A stretch of 63,521 bases of DNA, filler included, from Octopus bimaculoides (GCF_001194135.2; 9 parts of 9 records of this genome joined end to end with filler, not necessarily neighbours in it), one strand, 5' to 3'; shown: positions 24,461 through 38,833, numbered from the whole stretch's first letter. The notes: a model not told the origin generated them from the letters alone. A program made the numbers and translations.

Positions 24461-24574
24461 AGATAAAAACCACCACTTTTGCTAGCAGATGAATTTCACT
24501 GTAATTTTTTGCACCCACTTCAATTTATATATTCACACAAAAAAATTAATGTTAGCAATGAAATCCTTTTATCT

Positions 24575-24925
24575 TTTACTTGTTTTAGTCATTGGACTGC
24601 AGCCATACTGGGGTACTGCCTTGAAGGGTTTTTTGTTGAATAATTTGACCTCAGTACTTATTTTTTAAGTCTCTGGTATCCTCTCGTTCTCTTTTGCTGA
24701 ACCACTATGTTACAGGGACGTAAACAAACCATTCCAGCTGTCAGGCGATGGGAAGGGGGTCAGACAAACAGACAGACAGACAGACACATGCACCTATACG
24801 ATGGTCTTCAATACAGTTTCCATCTATTTATATTCACTCACAAGATATTTCTCAGCCTGGGGTTACAGTAGAAAGTACCCAAGGTGCTGCATGATGAGAC
24901 TGATCCTAAAACAACATAGCTGCAA
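24575..24925 (-). mobile_element. Degenerate SINE family A copy
   Basis: Collinear with 59259-59690 and 60410-60815. Confidence 0.7.
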
Positions 24926-24984
24926 ACTGGTGAATTAATTTGAACTTCAGTATATTAAACTGTTGAATATAAGCTGGCAAGAAT

Positions 24985-25175
24985 GAGTAGTACCTGTAAT
25001 TCAAAAGGCCAGCTTTGTCACATCTGTGTCGTACTGTCTCCCTGAGAAGTACATTAAGGATACGCACATCAATGGAGTGCTCAATGACTTGCACATTTAT
25101 TTCATGAGCAGGCTTTTCTGTTGATTGGATCAACTGGAACCCTCATCATCGTAACTGAGTGCCAGAGACAAGTGA
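24985..25175 (+). mobile_element. SINE family C, 3' part
   Basis: Reverse-complement match to 55075-55260. Confidence 0.75.
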
Positions 25176-25664
25176 AAGGAGTATCAGTACAGTTACTTGA
25201 TTGGTGAACAAGAGCATCCAAATATCCTTCAAATCTCGCCTCATTGTTTTGCAAGAAAAAAGAGACACATATGGATAATGTAGTCGTAGATATGTTTTGC
25301 TTACAAAAGTAGATCATTTAAATAGATGGGACAGTCATATCTGGAATTACTTTCATCACAGGTTTACTGAATCAGGACTCACCTGGTTAAATAGTGGTAA
25401 CAAAATATTTTAAAAATTAATTCCACTGAGCTTGACTTTGCCTTTCATCTGTTCAGGGTTGATAAATTAAGTACCAGTTGCGTACTGAGGACGATCTGAT
25501 CGATTGACCCCCTTCCCAAAAATTTCGGGCCTTGTGCCTAGAATAGAAAAGAATATTTTTTTAATTGTTTTAATACAATATTGAAAAAATTAAAAAAACT
25601 GCTTGACACTGTCTTGTAATCAACCATGCCTGTTAGTAGTTAATTAGATCTATCATCATCATCA

Positions 25665-26110
25665 TCATCATTTAACATCTATTGTCCATGCTGGCATGGG
25701 TTGGACAGTTTGACCAGAGTTGGCAAGCTGGGGAGCTGTACCAGGTTCCAGCCTCATTTGGCTTTGTTTATATGGCTGGATGCTCTTCCTAATGCCAACT
25801 ACTTTACAGAGTGTGCTGGGTGCTTATATGTGGCACTGCATGGGCGCTTTTAAGTGATACTGCACCGAGTGCTTTTAGGTGGTGTTGCATGGGCACTTTT
25901 ACTTGGCACCACACAAGCACTTTTATGTGGCTCTGCACAAGCTCCTTTACATGGCACTGCATGGGTGCTTTTATGTGATATTGCACAGGCACTTTTACAT
26001 AGCACCAGCACAGGTCTCTTACAGGTCAATCCTCACCACCAGAAGACTTCTACTAAGGAGTACAGGTCTTCTTGAGTACAGCAAGGCACCAGGCATCTTG
26101 GTCTTTTGTC
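25665..26110 (-). mobile_element. SINE family B copy with internal tandem repeats
   Basis: (ATC)n tail, tccatgctggcatgggttggac block, then repeated gtgcttttatgtggcac units. Confidence 0.7.
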
Positions 26111-27859
26111 ATCTTGTTTGAAAGGTTCAGCATCCTTGGGTCATTAATAAAATAAAAAATTGTAAATAAGTGTAAAAGTATTTATGCTCTTTGGCAGTGT
26201 ATTAACAATGTAACCCTTTTTTTTTTTCTTTTCTGTGATAATTGGTAAAAGTAAAACATCTGATTTTAAGGACTGGAATAAATTTAAATATCAGAAAGCC
26301 TTATTTGTGATAGGAAGTTATAAAAATGTAAACTGATTCTTTTCTTGCTTTCAATTTGTGAATAAAAAAAAAAAGATGGGGTGTGGGTTGACTCAAAGCA
26401 GACCAGTTCACAGTTTGTTGATTGCTCTTCAGACATACCCAGTTACTTTCTCCAGTCAATAGCACTAGATACACTATATAAAGTAGTCAAGAATTATGCT
26501 ATTACTATAGTGGATAGCTTAATTTGCATATTTCTATTTTACACATTCACAGTTTTAATATTTATTACTGTTTTCTGTTCTATACAAATCCTTTGATATA
26601 GCCATATCTTTTTTCTCTTATTAATAATGCTACAGCTTTACTTTTTGTTTAAGACTTTAGTTTTTGATCTAGAATAAAGAAATGACATTTAAAACTGTTG
26701 AGCAGTAGATGAAAGAATGGGGGTCAGGACAAAGAAATTTTCTACTAGATGAGGAAATGTATTACATCCATAACAACTGGAGGTGAGGAGCTATCTATTT
26801 TGCATGTCTCTAATCTCATATTATCCCATATAATCTATGAAGATGCTCTGATTGCAAAAATTCTTCTGAAATGGAAATATTATTAGCTATTACACATTTC
26901 TCAATGAAAATTACTACTATTAATGGTTGGATGCGTGATGATTATAGTGATGGCAATGAAGGTAATGACGAATCAACAGTGAAACTAATTATAATGATAA
27001 TAATAATGATAATCCTTCGAAGTCAACCTTGGCAGAATCTGAACTCAGGATGTAAAGCAGGACGAAATGTCACTGAGCATTTTGTCTGGCATGCTCACTA
27101 CCTTTATGATAATAACAACCATAATAATTCTTTTTTCCTTTTGGAAGATGGCCATCAATTTTGAGGGGTGGGTGGTGCAGATCATTTGCATCAACCTCAG
27201 TACTTGGCTGGTAATTATTTTATCAACCCCAAAAATTAATGATTCTGCCAGCTCGCTGCCTTAATAATAATAATGTTGGTTTCATATTTTGGCAGAAGGC
27301 CAGCAATTTTAGAAGAGAGCTATAGTTGAATATATCAAATCCTTTTACTTATTTACTACAAGAGCACAAAAGAAGAGATATGACAAGGATAGAATTGATC
27401 ATTAATTCTTCTTCATATTATTATTATTATTACTAATAATAATCATGGAAACTTTTTTGTCTGTTTACTGCAAGACAAAGTTATATGCTTGCTTTTCACA
27501 ACATAAATGAAATAAACCAATTAACTGGAAACCCAAATAAATATTTTTAAAAAATGGTATCAGTTGCTAAAAAAAGATTATTGTCACCACTCCATGCCAT
27601 CCCATCCCTAGGTCTCTATCTTTAGTCAATGAATTGATTTTAGTTAATGAGACACACAAGACCCTGTTTAATAGTGATGATATACAAACATCTGTAACAA
27701 GCTCAGTTACATTATACACTGAATTAACGGTTAAAAGATAATGGTTTCCAATTTAAGTGCAAAATATTTTTCTTCACATGGGTCTTTAAGAAAAAAAATT
27801 ATTTAATTTTTTTTGCACGTTGTCCACTTCTTTTGATTAGATGTTTTGTCATTTAGCTT

Positions 27860-28165
27860 TTATTTGTTTCAGTCATTGGACTGGAGCACTACCTTGATGG
27901 GTTTAGTTGGAAATAAATTGATCCCAGGACTTTTTTTTTAAAGTCTAGTATCATTTTATCAGTCTCTTTTGTTGAACTGCTAAGTTACAGGGGTGTAAAC
28001 AAAATGATGCTGGTTATCAATTGGAAGTGGAAATGGTGGGGACAAACACTGACACAAAGGTGCACACAGGTATTGGTTGACCAGAGCTATATTAGAAGAC
28101 ACTTGCCTGAGGTGCCACGCAGTGGGACCAAACCTGAAACCATGTGGTTACAAAGTAAGCATTTT
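27860..28165 (-). mobile_element. Degenerate SINE family A copy
   Basis: tttcagtcattggactggagcac ... agaagacacttgcctgaggtgccacgcagtgggac, collinear with the other family A copies. Confidence 0.7.
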
Positions 28166-28449
28166 AACCACAGTCATGCCTGCTAGTTCTTTATTTCTGA
28201 ATGGTCTCCTTTTTCAATGACATTTACAATATGTCCACCTTTTTCTGTAAACTTTGCCCTCAGTTGAATGAAAGGAAAAGTTGACCTGAATTTAAATCTT
28301 GCCATCTTTCAGTTTGTCTTCCTTTGTTCCAGGTTCAGTAAAATACTGAATAACCATTTTCATGAACTCTACCTACTCTACCATCCCTCTTTTAGAATTC
28401 AATATATTTTTGAAGTTAGAAATTATTAATATTATTACTATTATTAATT

Positions 28450-28870
28450 AAGGTGGGGAAGTTTGCAGAATCATTAGCATGCTGGACAAAAGGCTTAGTG
28501 GCATTTCTTCTCACTTTACATTCTGAGTTTAAATTCCATGAACGTTGAATTTACTTTTTATCTTGTTTCAAGGTTGATAAAATAAATACCTGTCAACTTG
28601 TCTCCTCCCCTCAAAATTGGTAACCCCGTGTCATATTACTATTATTATTGTTGTTATTAAGATGCTGAGCTGGCAAAATTGTTACTACACTGGACAGAAT
28701 GCTTAGCATTTCTTCTAGCCCTTTACATTTTGAATTTAAACGCCACCAAGCTTGACTTTGCCTTTCATCCTTTCGGGGTTAATAAAATAAGTGCCAATTG
28801 TTCACTGGAGTTGGTGTAATCAATTATCCCCCCTCCTCTAAAATTTCAGGCCTCGTGCCCACAGTAGAAT
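28450..28870 (+). mobile_element. Two tandem SINE family D copies
   Basis: Same blocks as the 22-23 kb cluster; each copy is preceded by (TTA)n. Confidence 0.75.
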
Positions 28871-29330
28871 AATATTATTAGCATTGTCACATCATTGATA
28901 ACTGGTATCTTAAATTCATTTGAGTCATAATCTTGGTAAATAAAATTTTTTTTTTTGACCTATCAGAGTTCAGAGAAGTTAAAAATTTTTTTTTTCTCCT
29001 GCTAGAATACAAAACTATATCAACTATATCAATCAAGATTTTTTTAATTTATATTGTCTTCATCCACCACCAAACATTTGTATGTATAACATTTAGCTGA
29101 CAGCCATTGATATTTTCAATCATAATAGCATATGATTTATAGTCCTTCAATTGCTACCAATTATAGTCCTTCAATTGCTACGCATGGGAAGTTACCTATT
29201 AATTTGTTAACTGCATATATAGTAACACAATTCATGAATAGAATGAAAATAGTCACATCCACGTAGGATAAATCTTAGAAATCTCTCTCTCACACACACA
29301 CACACACATGTATATATGTGTGCATATGTA

Positions 29331-29367
<37 letters not shown>

Positions 29368-29644
29368 NNNNNNNNNNGGTTGCAAGATGTGACGAAAATT
29401 TTAGAAAAATAAAAAAGAAACAAGTGGAAATTTTACCGGTGAGTGTGTTAAATTATAAGGCACCAAAAGAGAATGACTCTCCCCAGACACAACAGAATAT
29501 ATATATATATATGCACACGCATGAATGATTAAGAGGTTTCCAAGTCATTTTTTAATCAAATAAGCACCATATACACACATACATACATTTTTACAAGTTT
29601 CCTTATTTCATGCTTATATTTCTCCAAGAATATGAAATATATTG

Positions 29645-30030
29645 TCATATGGGCAGCTAGTATACATCTGATGTGTAACATATGGGGAGCTTCTGTAGAT
29701 ATAATATATATAACATATGTACAGCTAGTGTAGTTAATATTATATAATATAATATATATCATAATATATGTAGTTAAAATAATATATATCACATATGGGC
29801 TGCTAGTATACATCTTTTTTTCTATAACCAGTTTGTGTAGATCTTAGAATATATAACTTATGGGCAACTGGAATAGACATCATATATTGCATACAGGCAG
29901 CTTGTGCTGATATAATGATATATAACATATATGCAGTTTTATGTATAAGTTTTTGTCAGTTTTATATGGGCAGATAGTGTAAATCTTGTAATATATAACT
30001 TATGAGCAGCCTGTGTAGATCTTATATAAT
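29645..30030. repeat. Degenerate minisatellite (unit approx. tatgggcagctagtgtagatcttataatatataaca)
   Basis: About 8-9 imperfect recurrences of atatgggcagctag(t/c)gtaga. Confidence 0.7.
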
Positions 30031-31141
30031 AACATGAATCTTTGATTACATCTTTATTTTTCATATACAAAACCATAAAATTGATTGACACATGTTTATA
30101 GTGGTAATGTGTGGTGTTTGAAATTAAAAACCTATATGTTAAGATACCAACGGCTGATCTTATGCTCTGATGACTAATTCATCTTAGCTATATGCATATG
30201 TCTATGTTTTTTTCTTTCCTTATCAGTTGAAAATATATTTCTTGTTTCTCTCTTTAAATTATAAATATACCTGAATATCTTGGGAAATAGGGGAGGGGTT
30301 ACAAAAGGCAAAAAAAAAAAAGCTAAATGAAAGCATTATTTGTGAATATTTTTAAAGAAATGGCTTCATTGCTAATCTGTATTTACAATATTCTGAGTGT
30401 TTTAGAGCACTGGGTATATTGTTGGAAGGCCAACTCTGATAAATTGCCCCTTGGGTTGTAGGCAATTTTTCTTTCTTCCCGTAAACCTCAATTTCCTGTT
30501 TCCTCTACCTTAAAACATAAATCCTTTGAGACTCATCAAAAGAGAAACTAAAAACTTAGATTAACATTCATTATAGAAATCTGCTTTCTTAAAAAAAAGT
30601 TTCTGCTATTTTCTCAATAATTTCTCATGGTGTTATTAATATAATTTTTTTTATATTTTTAAAGTGAACAAAATGTAAGCGCCAACTCTTCTTCTTCACA
30701 CCAAAAACAAATGTCAGAACAACAAAAAAAAAATCCCTGAAACAATATATTTTGAAATTTAAAGGAGATACAAAAATTATAATAAAAATAGGTAACAAAG
30801 ATATTAAGAATAATTTTAACTTCACCTTAACAACAACAACAACCCTTCTGTTGTAAAACTTCAAACCTCTGCCTGCAGACTTGTTTTTTCTTTTTTTTTT
30901 TCAAAAGTTGAATCTCAAAGTCAAAAATGAATGGTTTTTAACCAATGATTAAATAATCTTAAATATTACGTTTGGTAAATGGTAAAAAGTCATGGTTACT
31001 TTTACCAGTACTACTGAGTCATTTGATTTTTATTGGTTGATTTTATCATTCTATTTTTCAGGTTAGCATGGTTTACAATGCTAAGGATATGTTTACTTGG
31101 TTATTCCACTCTTACTTTGCCTATTTTTATTAACTGATTGA

Positions 31142-31175
<34 letters not shown>

Positions 31176-31232
31176 ACAGACATATACACACACAACTATC
31201 AATTACAAACGATGAAATATTTTTGTTGGTTG

Positions 31233-31619
31233 TTGAACCCATTTCTTACTATATTTCTGTTGAAATGTATTTTAACAGAAATATACCTTTCTTCCCAGTT
31301 AATTTTGAAAATGATGAATTTAGTAAAATAACTTTGTCAGTGTTAAGCTGGTGTTTGTAACATAAATTAACATGACATTTTGATGGAAGGTTTTAATTTA
31401 GATCACTTTAACACATCTGTTATGATATTTCTGTTGAAATACACTACTTTTGTTTTAGTTAATTTTGAAAATAATATATTTAGTAAAATAACTTTACTAA
31501 GCCAGTGTTTGGAACATAGAAATTTTGGTGGAAGGTTTTAATTTTGTTGACTTTAAAACAGGAAGTTTGTATCATAAGACCTGGGGCAGACTTAGGTGGG
31601 TTGATCGTAAAAGGCTTGA
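31233..31619. mobile_element. MITE-like element (possibly piggyBac-type) with an internal direct duplication
   Basis: Two ~130-bp direct copies (atttctgttgaaat...gttaattttgaaaa...tttagtaaaataacttt...ggaaggtttta). Ends resemble decayed TTAACCCT..AAGGGTTAA. Confidence 0.4.
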
Positions 31620-31962
31620 TGCTTTTTTTTTTTAATATTGTCATAGTTACCAGTGTTGATGCATTTTATTTGTTGGTTGACTCTTTTTTTCTGTTTGTTT
31701 TTGTTTAAGCTAAGTTAATCAATGTTAAAGTGTTTCCAGGAGTATAGCAGGCAAAAAAAATTACAATATATAAAATATTGTATTATATTTAGATAGTTCA
31801 ATGTCAATCATTGATACTTGCACTGGCCATGCTCATTGCTACTTCACTTTCATCGGGTATTTGCTGAAAACTTTGTTTTCAGTGCTGTTGAAGGATAACA
31901 ACCAAACTGAATTTGCTTATTTCATACTTTTTTGTTAATATAATCTCCATGCTCTTTCCCTC

Positions 31963-32014
<52 letters not shown>

Positions 32015-32342
32015 CATTTGTATACCCCAAAAGTTTTTTTTATTTTGTGGTATTATTAATTGTGGATTGCTTGCTCCATAAAGCATTGGGCAAATTGTAT
32101 TACAGCATTTAGTTACTCCCCTTTATAATCCGAGTTCAAATCCTGCCAAGGTTATATTTGCCTTTTATCTTTCTGGGGTTGAAAAAAGAATATAGTATCA
32201 GTCAAGGGCTGTGGGTTGATTTATTTGACTTTACTCCTTCCTNNNNNNNNNNNNNNNNNNNNNNNNNNNNNNNNNNNNNNNNNNNNTTAATTAATTAANN
32301 NNNNNNNNNNNNNNNNNNNNNNNNNNNNNNNNNNNNNNNNNN

Positions 32343-32659
32343 GTTGTTTGGTTGGGTTGGTTTGTTCGTTGTTGCCGTTCTTTCGTTTTCGCATATAGCT
32401 GCTTGATCAGTTGTGCATACGGTGGTGTGGGTAATAATGCTGGTGTTTTGGGTTTTTGGTTTTCCCGTGGCTGTTGTTGTTGTTGTTGCTGTTGTTTCGC
32501 GGCAGAATTGCAGTCCTTTTGGAAGTGAGCTTCACTGCCACATATGTAACAGCGTGGTCGTCTGCCTTCCACCACTACATACAGCCTTTGCGTTGATGGT
32601 AACTTTATGTAGGTGGGTATTTTAAGATAGATAGCTAGATAGATAGGCATACTGTCCAC
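32343..32659 (-). mobile_element. LINE ORF1 (gag-like) fragment with a CCHC zinc knuckle, L1/Tx1-like
   Basis: VVVEGRRPRCYICGSEAHFQKDC has the Cx2Cx4Hx4C pattern and is followed by poly-Q. Truncated by a gap. Confidence 0.75.
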
Positions 32660-32677
32660 ATATATTCACCTATGCGT

Positions 32678-32712
<35 letters not shown>

Positions 32713-33338
32713 TATGTATATTGCTGAATCTTGGTGCATGAATTCAATTTGTAAATCCATGGGTTTGTATGTGCGAAGTTTGTCTGCGAGGGCCATGAAC
32801 ATGGGAATCTATTATTCATTTCAATTCTTAGAAAAAAAAAAAAATAAAACATCTGAAAAAATTAAAATAAAATTGATATTATATTTCTCTGACTTTGGAT
32901 TATATTCATTTGATATCCATTCTTGGTTTCCCATAACTTATTTAATTTGTATTTCCTTGCAGCATTATACTCTATTACTTGGCGGTTTTCATTCCATTCT
33001 TCTAATATATTTTCACGTCTCCTTAGGTTTACTTTCACTTTCGATATCGTCCAGAATGTATCAGACGGTGTTAAGTCACTCATTTTGGGAATATATCTAA
33101 ATCGTGTGCCAAACAAACAGATATATCGTTGAGACTAGAATCATTAACAGCGGTGTATGTAACAGACACATAAAGACGGACCAATTGTGCTCTCTATAAA
33201 CACACGTACAGAGACACCTACACATGGGTGGACATATGTAAATACAAGAGTATTTTTGTATACATGTGTGTATGTGTGTTCTGGTGTGGGCTTGTGGGTG
33301 TATAATATATATATATATATATATACATATATATACAT

Positions 33339-33403
<65 letters not shown>

Positions 33404-34122
33404 NNNNNNNNNNNNNNNNNNNNNNNNNNNNNNNNNNNNNNNNNNNNNNNNNNNNNNNNNNNNNNNNNNNNNNNNNNNNNNNNNNNNNNNNNNNNNNNNN
33501 NNNNNNNNNNNNNNNNNNNNNNNNNNNNNNNNNNNNNNNNNNNNNNNNNNNNNNNNNNNNNNNNNNNNNNNNNNNNNNNNNNNNNNNNNNNNNNNNNNNN
33601 NNNNNNNNNNNNNNNNNNNNNNNNNNNNNNNNNNNNNNNNNNNNNNNNNNNNNNNNNNNNNNNNNNNNNNNNNNNNNNNNNNNNNNNNNNNNNNNNNNNN
33701 NNNNNNNNNNNNNNNNNNNNNNNNNNNNNNNNNNNNNNNNNNNNNNNNNNNNNNNNNNNNNNNNNNNNNNNNNNNNNNNNNNNNNNNNNNNNNNNNNNNN
33801 NNNNNNNNNNNNNNNNNNNNNNNNNNNNNNNNNNNNNNNNNNNNNNNNNNNNNNNNNNNNNNNNNNNNNNNNNNNNNNNNNNNNNNNNNNNNNNNNNNNN
33901 NNNNNNNNNNNNNNNNNNNNNNNNNNNNNNNNNNNNNNNNNNNNNNNNNNNNNNNNNNNNNNNNNNNNNNNNNNNNNNNNNNNNNNNNNNNNNNNNNNNN
34001 NNNNNNNNNNNNNNNNNNNNNNNNNNNNNNNNNNNNNNNNNNNNNNNNNNNNNNNNNNNNNNNNNNNNNNNNNNNNNNNNNNNNNNNNNNNNNNNNNNNN
34101 NNNNNNNNNNNNNNNNNNNNNN

Positions 34123-34185
<63 letters not shown>

Positions 34186-34274
34186 CATGAGTGTGGGTGT
34201 GTGTATACATACATGTATTCGGAGATAGATAGATAAATATATAGATAAATTGATAGACAGACAGACACACAGAC

Positions 34275-34346
<72 letters not shown>

Positions 34347-35384
34347 GAAAAGACGGCTAGGTAGATACTCCGACCTTTCGCCTATCTCAGTATCAGTAAA
34401 AGCAGCTGGTTGCTTATCTTGGAATTTCTTGCATTGAAATTGCGACAACATAAATTACGATGCCGCGTAAACATGCACAAGCACACACATACACATACAC
34501 ACATACATACACATATATATATATATACACACACACACAAACACACACACACACACANNNNNNNNNNTATATATATATATATATATATATATGCATTTAA
34601 ACCTTGTGTATGAGCGTCTGTTATATATAAATATAAGACTTGCAGATATAATCGCATAATACCTACACATAGCGTGCATCCATCTTACGATCAGTTGATA
34701 TTTCTTCAACTGGCATCCTCTCTTTTCACTATTTACTATTCACCCCGCTCATAAACTTCCGTTCATTCATTCACAAACTCGTCCGTTCCTTCATTCGCTC
34801 ATTCAAAGCTTGTGTGAATTCTATTATGTAATAACATTTGATTCGGCAAATACATAAGCGCATAACCCCAGCAGTGACATCGTCAAACATACAGAAGTGC
34901 CCACAATACTTACAGACATACACACGTGCATGTGTGGGAGTTTGTATTTGTGTGTGTGTGTGTGTTTGTGTTTGTGTTTGTGTGTGTGCGTATATATATA
35001 TATATATATATATATATATNNNNNNNNNNNNNNNNNNNNNNNNNNNNNNNNNNNNNNNNNNNNNNNNNNNNNNNNNNNNNNNNNNNNNNNNNNNNNNNNN
35101 NNNNNNNNNNNNNNNNNNNNNNNNNNNNNNNNNNNNNNNNNNNNNNNNNNNNNNNNNNNNNNNNNNNNNNNNNNNNNNNNNNNNNNNNNNNNNNNNNNNN
35201 NNNNNNNNNNNNNNNNNNNNNNNNNNNNNNNNNNNNNNNNNNNNNNNNNNNNNNNNNNNNNNNNNNNNNNNNNNNNNNNNNNNNNNNNNNNNNNNNNNNN
35301 NNNNNNNNNNNNNNNNNNNNNNNNNNNNNNNNNNNNNNNNNNNNNNNNNNNNNNNNNNNNNNNNNNNNNNNNNNNNNNNNNNNN

Positions 35385-35435
<51 letters not shown>

Positions 35436-35562
35436 GCCTGCATGTGTGTGTGCTTGCGTGCGTATCTCGGTATGCACGTATTTTACACACGTTTACGTGT
35501 GCAATCATATATGGTTTAGTATGTTTTGAATTATGAATGCTTAGGTAAGTATATAAATGTTT

Positions 35563-35845
35563 GAAGGCACATAGCTCAGTGATCAGGTCGTTGAGTTTAT
35601 GATCATGAGCCTGGACCGGGCAGCGTGTTGTATTCTTGAGGAAGACACTTTATTTCACGTTGCTCCAGTTCACTCAGCTGTAGAAATGGCTTGCGCCGTC
35701 ACAGGTGCCAAGCTGTATCGACCCTTTTGCCTTTCTCTTGGATAACATCGGTGGCGTGATGAGGGGAACCTGGTATGTCCAGACTTGTTTGGAGGGTAAC
35801 TTTCTAGGTGCAATCTCATGGTCATTCGTGACCGAAGGCGATCAC
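35563..35845 (+). mobile_element. tRNA-derived SINE family E
   Basis: Head gaaggcacatagctcagtgatcagg (A-box-like TAGCTCAGTGA), then tattcttgaggaagacactttatttcacgttgctccag. Confidence 0.6.
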
Positions 35846-36719
35846 AAATCTATCAGACTCTAAATATATGTGTATTTCTGATTTGCTCTGTGTCTGTTTG
35901 TGTGCGCGTGTGTTTACGCGCGCGTCTATGCCTGTGCATTTACTATTTTTGTTTTATTCGTACCTAAAACCTTCCAAATTCAACCTAACCTAAATATTGG
36001 ACATAAATATTAGGTGACTCGAGAATTTTGTACATCATAGATTGGCGCACCATCCCTGTCTACGTGCAACTCTCATCTATGTCAGAAGACCATAGCCAAC
36101 GGAACCAGTGATGGAGTGTCAATCTCATGGTTTTACTTCTGAGAAATAGCAGCTTCGTCGCCTCGAGGCGCACTACATGCTATTCCAATCAAAAATGAAT
36201 GCGTTCGACAATGCAGTTTTATATATACTAGAAAAATAAAAGGTAAATAGGTCATGGCTGGAATACATTGGAGGATACTTCAATATAATACAGCCGACAT
36301 GTGGCTGTATAAGCAAAAAAACAAAAGGATCTCATATAATTGTGTATGTCATATACGTAGGATATGCAATATAGTGAGACAAATGCATAACTTGTCATTA
36401 TATCAGAGTATTATGACGCTTATACTTGAAATTGCTTTGAGGAATCGAAAGAAAATCGTCGATTTAATCACGAACATCGAATAACCCACACCACCGTATT
36501 TCTTTCTTTCTTTCTTCCATCCATTCTTTCTGATTTTTTCTTCCTGTCTTCTTCCCCTTCTTCTTTCCTCTTCCTCTCTTCTTCTCCCTTTCTGTATCAG
36601 TTTTCCTCTCCGACCTTTTCTCCGTTATCACACAAAAATTCTATCGCATTACACCATCTCATTGAAGATATGGCACGTCTTGTAACGAAATATTGTGTAA
36701 TGCAGGTGGCGCTTCAACG

Positions 36720-36965
36720 TTTTATTTGCCCAAATCACTTCAGCAACCAAGCTGAATGGATGTATTTCATCAAGCCAAACACTTTTTTTTTTCTATTTGA
36801 TTACACGTGGATTGAACCGGATGCGTTCTTTCACCCACCTCCTTGTCTGCAATGCTTTCTGAATTACTTCCAGACAATCCAGATTTTTTTTTTTTTTATA
36901 TCCGAGGCTTTTTGTCTTCATGTTTCACTATTTAACAGCCAGATTTCAATCTCGCCAACTTACCG
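36720..36965 (-). pseudogene. Possible Tc1/mariner transposase N-terminal remnant
   Basis: KPR...RWVKERIRFNPRVIK resembles 'VKERIRRNP'. Short and decayed. Confidence 0.35.
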
Positions 36966-37275
36966 ACCTTTGAAGTCGTAGTTAAAATAGTGTGCATAAC
37001 GTTTTTTTTAAAATAGACTGCGGATAAAACGAAGTTTTCGGTGAAGTTGAATTATTTTACAACTCATTCAATTATGATTTCTCCTGTCAAAGGTGACATA
37101 ACTCCAGTTCTACTTTCTTTTCCGTCCTTTCTTTTTCCGTTCTTATTCACCCTTTATTTTCTCATTCCACTTTTTTGCACCAACCTTTTTCGCCTTTTAT
37201 TTTCGTGGTTTCTCCGGTACCAGGGTCCTGGTTTTGAAGTAGAACAGATCAAGTGCTGAATAACAAAAGGCTCAT

Positions 37276-37319
<44 letters not shown>

Positions 37320-38519
37320 TGTGTGTGTGTGTGTGTCTGTGCATGTGTCTGTGTGTATGTTTGTGTGTGTTTGTGCGTGTGTATGTTTGTGCGTGTGTAT
37401 GTTTGTGCGTGTGTGTGTTTGNNNNNNNNNNGTGTGTGTTTGTGCGTGTGTATGTTTGTGCGTGTGTGTGTTTGTGCGTGTGTGTGTTTGTGCGTGTGTG
37501 TGTTTGTGCGTGTGTGTGTTTGTGCGTGTGTGTGTGCGTTCGCGTGTGTATTTGTGAGTACGTGTTTGTGTAATGGTGCGCGCTGTTGTTTGTGTGTGTG
37601 TGTATGTGCGCGTGTATGTGTGTGCTTGTAAGGAAAAGTCGGAAACACACAAGACTAAAGACACACAAAATCAGCTTACCCTTCATCAGCCGGAGACTGA
37701 ACGTCAATGCAATTTCGACACCTCAGTAACACATTTCCGCAGTTGGCTTTTGAGCGTGAACGTTCAAAATACGTTGAAACATTTATAAACTATTAAACGA
37801 AACATTTTAATTCGTTAGACTTAACGCGAACAAAATACATGAAATAAATTATGAGAGAAATTAAAAAGTGAGTTCTGTCGACTAGGATAAAGTTTTAAAT
37901 GAAGGCACCAGACGCTGAAGCGTAACGCCAAGAACAAATGTTAAAGAACTTGTCAACGAAAGAGGGAGATAGACAAGTGATGACGTACATAACATAATAT
38001 CGACCGTTATCCATTGTTCTTCGAGATGGCACAAAGATACCACCATTCTTGTTCTTCCGTTAATCGTACACTATCCGACCATGGTCACGTGGTTTATTAA
38101 TTAACTATCTAAACGAGTAATTGAACACATAATTAAACTAACTACAATATTGTGTAACATGTTACATATCACGTGATCTTAACTAACGTTAATTAACTTT
38201 AAGATTTGGTTAATGAATCTCTCCGCTGTCTTATGATACTACTTGTTTGTTATCGGTGATTATGTTTTTTTCTATGTTGTTGCTTTTTGTTCAGTTTCCA
38301 TTACATCATTTGATATGGTACAGTTCTTACTGTCAGAGGTGGTGGTGACGGCGTTGCCGATGATAATGGTGGAATAACTGTAGCTGTTACTGCTTTTGTC
38401 TCTGTACATTTTATCAATTTAATATGTGTTGTCAAAGTCCCTCCTTGTTCTCATTCTCCTTCCAACCATTATCATTATTCCTACTCTCGCTATCGTTTTA
38501 TCGTTATCGTTGTTGTGTA

Positions 38520-38783
38520 GGGTGGTGAGCTGGCAGAAACGTTTGCACCCCGGATAAAATGCTTAGCGTCATTTCGTCCGTTTTTACATTCTGAGTTCAA
38601 ATTCAACCGAGGTGGAGTTTGCTTTTCATTCTTTCGGGGTCGATAAAATAATTACCGGCTGAGTACTCGATGTCGATATAATCGAATAGCCCCTCCTCTC
38701 AAATTTCGGGCTCTCTCCCTATAATCAGTACAATCGTTAGTACGCTGAGCATTTCGTCCGTCTTTACGTTTTGAGTTCAAACA

Positions 38784-38833
<50 letters not shown>

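Noticed and set aside
26749-26782. 34-nt exon-like segment (xEEMYYIHNNW); also a donor at 29439 and an acceptor at ~31061
   Set aside because: Splice-like signals only; they cannot be linked into a frame or matched to a family.
28170-28360. Protein-like minus frame VIQYFTEPGTKEDKLKDGKI*IQVNFSFHSTEGK
   Set aside because: Contains a stop, and part of it is a SINE D fragment (ggtcaacttttcctttcat).
30166-30200. CTGATGA followed by a small hairpin
   Set aside because: No GAAA or stems I/III, so not a hammerhead.
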